Positions 54,718 to 64,000 of a DNA stretch of 64,000 nt are shown here, one piece after another. The stretch comes from Narcine bancroftii. Taxonomy: Eukaryota. The stretch covers positions 12,772,001 to 12,836,000 of the forward strand of contig NC_091481.1 in assembly GCF_036971445.1 (NCBI RefSeq), in the 5' to 3' direction. The notes beneath the pieces are model-generated. The model was not told the origin of the DNA and did not search any database. It saw only the letters and a program-made list of their open reading frames with translations. Position numbers and translations under genes: made by a program. Position 1 is the stretch's first letter. Every line of letters starts with the position of its first letter.

Positions 54718-57700
54718 ATGGCTACGTTGAACTATATGACTTTAAATATTAACGGAATACATAACCAAATCAAAAGGAAGAAACTGCTAAATTTACTGAA
54801 AAAAGAAAAAAAATTGATATAGCATTCGTGCAAGAAACACATTTAACTGAAATGGAGCACAAGAAATTAAAGAGAGATTGGGTAGGACATGTAACAGCAG
54901 CGTCATATAATTCAAAAGCTAGAGGAGTAGCTATATTAATCAGTAAAAATGTACCAATTAAAATAGAAGAGGAAATAATAGATACAGCAGGGAGATATGT
55001 AATGATAAAGTGTCAGATACATTCGGAGTTTTGGAATTTACTCAATGTATATTTACATAATGAAGAAGATCAAAAATTTATGCAAGATATTTTTTTGAAG
55101 ATAGCAGACACGCAAGGGAACATACTAATAGGAGGGGATTTCAACCTTAATTTGGATTCAAACATGGTTAAAACTGGGAAAAAAATTAACAGAAAGAACA
55201 AAGTAACCAAATTTATAATTAAATCGATGCAAGAAATGCAACTTTTGGATATATGGAGGAAACAACACCCAAAGGGAAAGGAATATTCATATTATTCGGG
55301 TAGACATAAAACATACTCAAGAATAGACCTATTCCTGTTATCAGCTCGTATGCAAGACAGAGTAAGAAAAACAGAATATAAAGCTAGAATATTATCGGAC
55401 CACTCACCCCTGATATTGACAATAGAGTTAGAAGACATCCTTCCAAGAATGTATAGATGGAGATTAAACTCCATGCTACTTAAAAGGCAGGATTTTAGAG
55501 AATTCATTGAAAGACAAATTAAAATGTACTTTGAAATAAATACGGAATCAGTGAAAGATAAGTTTATACTGTGGGACGCAATGAAAGTGTTCATCAGAGG
55601 GCAAATAATAAGTTATGTAACCAAGATGAAGAAGGACTACAATCAGGAAACAGAGCAGTTGGAAAGGGAAATAGTAAATATAGAAAAAGAATTAGCAATG
55701 AAGGAAGACAACTAAAAGAAGAGAATTGGCAGATAAAAAAATAAAATATGAAACACTACAAACATGCAAGGTGGAGAAGAACATAATGAAGATAAAACAG
55801 AAATATTATGAACTAGGAGAAAAAACGCACAAAATTCTAGCATGGCAGCTTAAGACAGAACAAACTAAGAGAATGGTATTGGAATCAAGGAAAAAGACAA
55901 ACAAATCACATATAATACAATGGAGATTAATGAAAACTTCAGAGAATTCTACGAACAATTATACCAAACTGAAAATGAAGGGAAAGACGACAAAATAGAT
56001 GAATTTTTAACTAAAATTGAACTACCAAAATTACAAATAGAGGAACAAAATAAATTAACAGAATCATTTGAAATAGTAGAAATACAAGAGATAATAAAAA
56101 AAAACTACCAAATAATAAAACACCAGGATTCCCAATAGAATTCTATAAAACATTTAAAGATTTATTAATTCCTCCCCTCCTGGAAGTAATCAACCAGATT
56201 GATAAAACACAAAGCTTACCAGATTCATGCAAAACAGCAATAATTACAGTAATACCAAAGACAGGGAAAGATCCACTCACACCAGCATCATATAGACCAA
56301 TATCTTTACTTAACACAGATTATAAGATAATAGCTAAACTATTAGCAAACAGATTAGCCGACTATGTACCTAAAATAGTAAATCTAGACCAAACTGGATT
56401 TATTAAAAAAAGACGAACAACAGAGAATATTTATAAATTTATTAACCTAATTCATGCAGTAGAAGGGAATAAAGCTCCAACAGTAGCAGTTGCTTTAGAC
56501 GCAGAGAAGGCCTTTGACAGAGTAGAATGGAATTATTTATTCAAAGTATTACAAAAATTCAGTTTACCAGAGAAGTATATTAATTGGTTTAAAGCATTAT
56601 ATAAGGGGTCATTGGAGAAAGTGACAGTAAATGGATATATATCAAAGCAATTTAACTGAAGCAGATCAACAAGGCAGGGATGCCCACTATCACCCTTGTT
56701 GTTCGTGTTAGCTATAGAACCACTAGCAGAATTGATAAGAACAGAAAATAAAATAAAAGGGATAAAAATAAAAGACAAGGAATATAAAATCAGTTTATTT
56801 GCAGATGACGTTATAGTATACTTAACAGAACCAGAATTATCAATAAAAGAATTACATAAGAAATTGAAGGAATATGGAGAAGTGTCGGGTTACAAGATTA
56901 ACACAAATAAAAGTGAAGCAATGCCAATGAATAACGCGGATTTCTCAAAATTTAAGAAGAATCACCATTCAGATGGCAAATGCAAGCAATACAATACCTA
57001 GGTATACAAATAAATAAAAACCTCGGCCATCTATATAAACTCAATTATTATCCACTAATGAAAACATTACAGGACGACTTAGAGCATTGGAAAGACTTAC
57101 CACTAACACTAATAGGAAGGATAAACTGTATTAAAATGAACATTTTCCCAAGGATACAATACCTATTTCAGGCATTGCCAATACACTTGATGGAGAAATT
57201 CTTCAAGGAGTTAAAGAAAATAATAAGGAAATTTTTATGGAAAGGGGGGAAACCGAGGATAGCACTAGATAAATTAACAGAATGGTATAAACAAGGCTTA
57301 CAACTGCCAAACTTTAAAAGTTATTATAGAGCCGCACAATTAAGATACCTATCAGATTTTTATCAAACAAGGGAAAAGCCAGATTGGACTAGATTAGAAC
57401 TGGATAAAATAGGGGAGAAGATACCTGAACATATATTAATATAAATGGGATGAAAAATTGGTACAACGTAGGAATTCTCCAGTATTACATCATCTGCTCA
57501 ATATTTGGAAGAAGATTCATGTAGAAAGGAATAAAACAAATTACCAATTACCAAAACTATTACTGATGCAAAATCAGTTACTCCCTTTTAGAATAGATAA
57601 CCTTTCCTTTAGAGAATGGGAGAAAAAAGGGCTCAAAAGAATAGAAAATTGTTTTTCAGGAAATAAATTACTATCCTTTGAACAAATGAAGGATAAATAT

Positions 57701-58502
57701 AATATAACTCATGATACAGTGTTGGCATACTACCAACTGAAATCCTACTTGAAAGACAAATTGTGAAGCAGTCAGAGGTTACCAGAGGGAAGTAATTTTG
57801 AATATGTGATTACAGATACAATGATAATCAAAAAATTTATAACATATATATATTAAACTGTAAGAAAAGGAGAATGAGGAAACAAATGGTAAAACTAAAC
57901 AAAAATGGGAACAAGATTTAAACATAAAGATAAAGAAGAAAACATGGGAGAAGTTATGCTCTGGAACTATGAGAAATACAATAAACACGAGGTTACGTAT
58001 GATACAATATAACTGGATACACAGGCTATACATTACACCTCAAAAGTTAAATAAATGGGACCCAACAGTATCTGACAGATGTTTTCGTTGTAAAAAAGAA
58101 ATGGGAACAACAATTCATGCAATCTGGACGTGTGAGAAAGTGAAAAAATTTTGGGAAGATCTAAACCAGATATTAAATAAAATTACAGAAAGCAATATAC
58201 CAAAAAACCCAGAGATCTTCCTCCTAAGTAACATAAAAAACAAAGAATTTGGACTTGATTTGGATGGTGCACAAAAAAGATTTGTTAGGATAGCCCTAGC
58301 TGTAGCAAAAAAATGGATTATGTCAGTCTAGAAATTAGAAGATAACTTGAGAATACAACAATGGTATATAGAAATGAATAAATGTATTCTATTAGAAAAA
58401 ATAACATATAATTTAAGAAATAATATTGCAATATTTGAACAAATATGGGAGCCATACATGAAACACAATAGAGAAAACCTACCGGGGACATCTATCACCT
58501 AA
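54718..58502 (+). pseudogene. L1 ORF2p (APE endonuclease, RT, CCHC knuckle) with frameshifts and stops
   Basis: MATLNYMTLNING, QETHL, GGDFN, SRID, SDH, QGCPLSP, LFADD, CFRC..HAIWTC. Confidence 0.92.
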
Positions 58503-59004
58503 AATGACAGAAGGAGAAGGAAATGAAAAGAATTGACTCAATGGGATTTCTTGTTATTTTTATTGAGTGACAACATTGTTTGACTGGTTTAATGTATCTT
58601 AGATTCTGTACTTTAAATGAATGGGAGGGGAGGTAGGGAGGGTGGGATGGGAAGGGGGGGGGGAGGAAACGACACTGTATATATTTGAAAAGGAAAATGT
58701 ATGTATCTTGATCAATGTGGTTTATGGTGTGAAAAATAAAAAATTTTAAAAAAAGAATAAACAGTTTAAAAAGCAAAAAAAAATTACTCAGTTTAATGGA
58801 AACTATTTCCAATCACTTTTATCCCTCACACTCAATCTTGCAATATTTTTAAGAGTTTGAATTGTTGAGCATGCATCCCTCTACTTTTTCTAATTTTGAG
58901 GAGGGCTCAGGCCAGAAGTGTTGGTAATATCTTTACCTCCAAGGATGCTGCGAGACCAGCTTGAGTTCCTCCAACATTTCTGTGTTTTTACTTGGATTGT
59001 TGAG

Positions 59005-59540
59005 ATTCTATAATGCACTGGTGAGACCTCACTTGGAGTACTGTGTACAGTTTGGGCATCTTATTTGAGAAAAGACATGCTGGTATTGGAGAGGATTTAG
59101 AGTGATTTATTAGAATGATACTAGGCATGAAAGGGTTAGCATATGAGCTAACCCTTGTTTTCTCTTCAACTGTTTTCATTAGAGTACAGAAGGATGAACG
59201 GTGACCTCAGAAGCATTTTAAATGCTGAAAGGCCTGGACAGAGTTGATGTGCAAGGATTTTCCCACGGTAGGGGAGTCTAGGACAAGAGAGCACAATGTC
59301 AGAATAAAAGGGCACCAATTTAAAACAGGTAAGAAAAACTTCTTTAGTCAGAGGGTCATGAGTCTGTGGAACTTGTTGCCACATATATTAAAGGCAGAGA
59401 TTGACAGGCATTTCATTAATTAGGGCATCAAGGATTACAGGGAGGAAGCGAGGAGATGGCCGAGTGTGTGGATGGATCACTCATGTTTAGAATGGCGGAG
59501 CAGACTTGATGGGCTAACTTCTGCTCCTATATCTTGTGAT
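59005..59540 (+). mobile_element. Degraded CR1 3' fragment
   Basis: gcactggtgagacctcacttggagtactgtgtacagtttgg (ALVRPHLEYCVQF) and CR1-type 3' UTR. Confidence 0.75.
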
Positions 59541-60284
59541 TACAATCTCAAGGTGATGACTCCCTAGTCTCTTGTAACTCCTGCCCAATGTGCTGTAAAG
59601 TGGGAGTCCAAACTTCCTTTGTTTAGTAGCATTATCCATAATTAATCTAACTTAGTGCTGTTGAACATTTATCACCAAATAAACATAGTAACTGTGGTAA
59701 TAACTGTCAACCACACACATTAGTTTTATTAGAAAATGTGCAATACAATAATATACACCTTGTGGTAAAGCATCAAAATTAATTATTTGAAAGTGGTATC
59801 CAATTAGTCCAATTCTGCTTATATTTCCCTTTGACATTTACTTTGTTCGTTTCAAGTATCATGACTTTTCTGGGATTCAAGTTAGATGCCACTGATACCC
59901 TCATCATAACTTTGCTTCCTCTATTTTGCCTTGTTCCTGGCAAGTTTCTCTGCACCATAAAATCTATCCAGGCTCTGAAATTTTCCTCCCAAAATGTATT
60001 ACTTAACATGCATTTTCCCATTTTATCAGTCAGTCCATATTTCCTGGTCTGTTATTATTTTTCCTAATTTCTTTGCCATCTACATTAAAAAATGCTGGAG
60101 TCCTCAAGTTTAGAAAATTTAAAAATATTTAAAAGAACAGCACCTCTAATGCGAAGCCCAGGAAAACTCTGTCGTTTACCTGTTGTTTGAAAAACAATTC
60201 TCTATAAGTGTCATTTTTTTTTTGGTCTCTTATTCATAAAGGCAATCCCTTTAATCCTACAGATTTCAATTTTACAAATGTACA

Positions 60285-61000
60285 AGATGGGGGAAAGACT
60301 AGGCCATTCAGTCTCTCGAACCTGATCTATCATTTAGTGAGATCATGGATGATCTCATTTTAACCCCAATTCTGCATCCCATCTACCCATAGTAACATTT
60401 TACCTCTTGCTCATCAAGAATCTACCTCTGCCTTAAAAATATTCAAAGTCTTTCCTTCCATTGCACTGAGGTAGAGTTTGGAATACATACAACATTGTAT
60501 ATATTAAAAAAATATATTTTATACTTTTAAATTGAGCCTTATTTCTAGATTCTCCAACACGGGGAAAATGTCATCACCACATCCACCAAGTCAAGGCCCT
60601 TCAGGATATAGGTTTCAATCAGGTCACTTCTACATTCCAATGGATATGAACCCTACTTTGCAGGCCAATCCTCACATTCCAGGTAAAGGCTAGCAATCAC
60701 CTCTCTGAACTGCTTTGAATATATTTGCATCCTTCCTTAAACAATGTGACACGTTTTATACAGTTTTCCAGATGTGGTCTCACCTTGCGTAACTGAAGCA
60801 TAACCATCCTATTTTTGTACTCAATGATTACTTGCTAGTGGGCTTCCCAACTATTTCCTCTACTGGGAGTTGGGACTTTGCAAGCCATGCACTTGCACAA
60901 CATTAGAGAGTTTGTAATCTCTCACCAATTAGATAAGCTGTTTCTATCTTTCCGGCCAAAATCAAGAATTTCACATTTTCCCACCTGTCTCTTTCTGATG
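60285..61000 (-). mobile_element. Old CR1 remnant
   Basis: Reverse CR1 3' end (aggccattcagtctctcgaacctg...; atctacctctgccttaaaaatattcaaag). Confidence 0.55.
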
Positions 61001-61204
61001 TTCTTGTATCTACCCACAAGTTATTTTCTGCCATCGGTAAACCTGGCAGTCATGACTTTGTGATATTGGTTCTATTTTTTGTAAAGATCCTGTATGCAAT
61101 ACAACTTTATTACCCTTATCAACTCATTAATTCATCAGCGGACTCATTAAGGTCAGTCAGATCAGAGTTTTCTTTGGAAAATCTCTGCAGGGTTTTATTT
61201 ATGA

Positions 61205-61760
61205 GCAAACAATGAGTTGTTGGAGGAACTCAACAGGTGAGGCAGTATCCATGGGTAGAAATGGTCAGACCACATTTCTGGTCAGGAACCCTTATTGAGA
61301 CTAAAGTAAAAAGGGGTAATATTTTGGAGAGGCAAAAGAGTTGGGAGGGGCCTAACAGTGATGGGATACTGGGCAAAAGGTGCAAGAGATAGGAAGAGGG
61401 GAAAAAATTAAAAAGTAAGAACAAGGTAGGGGAAATAAACATTGGAACCAAATAGAGGTTTCAAATCAATGTTCATGCCATTAGATTTAAGGCTGTCCAG
61501 GAGGAATACAAGGTGTTGCTTCTTAAGATTATGTTTAACCTCACCCTGATAATGGATGAGGCTGAGAACAGATGCATCAATGTGGGAATGGTGAAGGGAA
61601 GTGAAATGGTTGGTTGCAGAAAGCTCAAGCCTAGATCCACAGGCAGATGTTCAGTGAAACAATCACTCAATCTGTATTTGGTCCCACTGGTGTAAGAGAG
61701 GCCACACCACGTGGAGTAGATTGTGTTTACAATCTTCGATGTCTTTTGAATACTTCTCAA
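61205..61760 (-). mobile_element. Penelope-like remnant
   Basis: Minus-strand CGLSYTSGTKYRLSDCFTEHL (GIY-YIG region) and typical 3' end at 61215-61300. Confidence 0.65.
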
Positions 61761-63564
61761 ATTAATTTTCACTTACTAGTTGTCTTACAACTTGCCTTTG
61801 CTTTAACTAGGTTCTCTTTCTCTTTATTTTATTTCAGATTTGTATGATATCCTTGCTTATAGCTATTTTGACAATGACCTCCAGCAAAAGCACATGCAGA
61901 ACATTCAATCTAGCCATAAGACTCTTTTGCATTTGGTACCTTGTCAACACACCCTTCCTTTGTCCACCAATTTACCATTTACATGTCTGGAAATCACATT
62001 TTATTTAGTTTTCCTTTCTATTCACTCTCACCATCCTTCCTATTTGTTTCACTTCCCCTCTATAATTCATATATATATTAAAATTTTGCATTTTTAGTCC
62101 TACTCTTTAGCTCTTCTTTTGTGTAAATTTATTTACTGTGTACAATCTTTTTCCCTTCTGCACGAATAACTGACCTTTGCTTCCAATCCATGTGTACATT
62201 TACTTAATAAACATTGATTAAAATTCAGTAATCAAAGAAATAAAAAGCACAAGATAATCTTAAAAGAGCAAGATTTTACTTACCCCTGTTCATGATTACC
62301 AGACCTGCAGTCAATTCTCTAAATTAACTGATCACCAATGTAATTTGGCACACATGGCTAATGATTAACAATTGCTGACCCAGATTCCAGTCATCCAGAC
62401 TCCCAATTTAAAGGCTAAATATTGGCCAACATACTCAGTGAATCTCCTCCCCTTCTTTGAATAGTGCTGTTGGGTATCTTGCATTTACACACAAGGTCAA
62501 GGAGGGAGTGGGGGAGAAGTGGGTGGTGAATGCAGGAGTGGCAGTTTACTATGTCTTCTGAAGATTGAATATCTCAGTGCTCACCTGAATCATGAGCATA
62601 TTTAAAGCCATACTCAGGCTAGCCCTATGGATGATACTTTTCTTACCACGGGCCAAATACAGGAGGCACAATCAACCAACCAAGCACCAAATGGAATCAA
62701 ACTCGAGGCAACACTGCTCGTGCAGCTCACTGTCACATGGCCTGACATCCACTCTGTACCATTGTGTGTGACCATTGATCACTGAAACACAAAAAGTCTT
62801 TTGAAAGTTCTGGGCTCCACACACTGAATTTGAACTCACCTCACCGCCAGAGCAGGATCCAACACTTCCAATGAACTAAGCTCTTCATCTTCCAAGGATA
62901 TAAATTCTGAACTGTGCAGAAAACCTCTTGGAGACATCTCAATAATCACACATGTAATCGGCACTGAAAGTCTGAAGAGCAGAAAGAATGAAATATCTAA
63001 TCATCTTTTTGACATTCTCCCAAAGTCTGTGCCAATGTTGGGGATACCACTGAGCCCAAAATGGAATCATTTTGAATTAGCGTCTGAGGAAGATTATTTG
63101 TCAGTTATCACTTGAATAATGAATTTCTTGGAGTATTTCAACCATCCAATCCTAACCAATTAACTTCTGGAGACAATCAGTGCTCCACCTGACCAATCAG
63201 TTTCTGTAAAAATAGGTTTCTATTTGACTTGAAAATAATAAGATATATAGAATAAAAATATTATGGTATAAAATGTGAATCTAAACTTTTATTCTTTTGT
63301 GTTTCCTTTTCCCCTTTCCTCCCCTTGTTCCTTCCCCTCTCCTCTCCTCTTTTTACTTTCATGGTTCCTCACCTCTTCTTTTCCCCATAGCTAAATGTAA
63401 ATTTTAAACTTAACTACTTATGACATTGGTATCAAGCTAACATCTCCAGTGACCCCCCCCCCCCCACCCCCCACCCCCCTCTGTGTGTCTCTTACTCTGC
63501 ACTTCCTCTTTTGTCTGCTTGTTCTGGTTTAGAATTGTTTGGAACTTTCCTCTCCTCACCTGTC

Positions 63565-63743
63565 ATGACCTTGCAGATCCCCATCCCACGTCCCACTTAC
63601 TCTCCAGCTCGAGAGCATCTCATCAAGGCAGTGCCACCCCATCTGATCTGCTCTCTGGTGTGTGGAGGGAAAGAATGTCGCTATGAGGGACCTGGTGACT
63701 GGAGCTTGCAGCAACAAGCAATCCGGGGCGTGTTCTCAGCATG
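63565..63743 (+). CDS. PTPDC1-like: Coding part of an exon (63533-63743) of a PTPDC1-family protein tyrosine phosphatase gene, probably a paralog; gene continues beyond the window
   Basis: MTLQIPIPRPTYSPAREHLIKAVPPHLICSLVCGGKECRYEGPGDWSLQQQAIRGVFSAW resembles the recalled PTPDC1 N-terminus (PTPKY..GERLRHVIPGHMACSMACGGRACKYENPARWSEQEQAIKGVYSSW). Acceptor ctggtttag|63533, donor TG|gtaggt at 63744. Confidence 0.85.
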
Positions 63744-64000
63744 GTAGGTCAGTCACAGAAACGTATATCCCCACAAACATCAGACAGGTTACGAGGGAGC
63801 CGAAAGTAGGAAGTAGGCAGAGGGATTCCAGTTTGGCAATAGTTTACTGGAGAAAGGCACAGAATGTAAATATGCATGGAGAGTAATTTTTTTTTAAAAG
63901 TGTAACTAAAGAAATGCTGTTGAATAAATGTGATTTGCAAATTCTGGAAATAATCAGTATGTGAGAGTGAAGGAAGAGGAAATATTGAAAGGATGGGTCA

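Larger units (their letters stand above)
52925..58781 (+). mobile_element. Full-length L1-clade LINE (~5.9 kb), disrupted
   Basis: TSD AATTACTCAGTTTAATGG at 52907-52924 and 58782-58799; GC-rich 5' UTR, ORF1, ORF2, G-rich 3' UTR, AATAAA 58735-58740, A-rich tail. Confidence 0.95.
51668..59004. repeat. ~380-bp inverted repeat: left arm 51668-52050; right arm 52758-52924 plus 58800-59004, split by the L1
   Basis: Arms read as near-identical reverse complements once the L1 and one TSD copy are removed. Confidence 0.9.

Overview
Repeat-rich vertebrate genomic DNA. The repeat families (V-domain tRNA-SINEs, abundant CR1, Penelope, Rex/Babar) point to a cartilaginous fish, probably a ray or shark; this is an inference. 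The window contains a complete + strand IMPDH1 gene: 14 coding exons at 11612-42141, 1545 nt = 514 aa, all introns GT-AG, with a CpG-island promoter. It also has a 17-nt microexon (40365-40381) equivalent to mammalian retinal exon 13b, which shifts the last exon into a second reading frame and gives a 546-aa isoform with a 37-aa tail. A splice acceptor directly before the ATG implies further upstream exon(s) that I could not find in the window. Near the right edge is an exon of a PTPDC1-family phosphatase gene (63533-63743), with a candidate first exon about 11 kb upstream sitting inside a ~380-bp inverted repeat whose right arm is split by a full-length L1 with an 18-bp TSD. The remainder is transposon-derived: CR1, Rex/Babar, Penelope with hammerhead-like remnants, Tc1, Tigger/pogo and hAT MITEs, solo LTRs and SINEs, plus several short local duplications. 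All coordinates and comparisons were made by eye; comparisons to human proteins are from recall.
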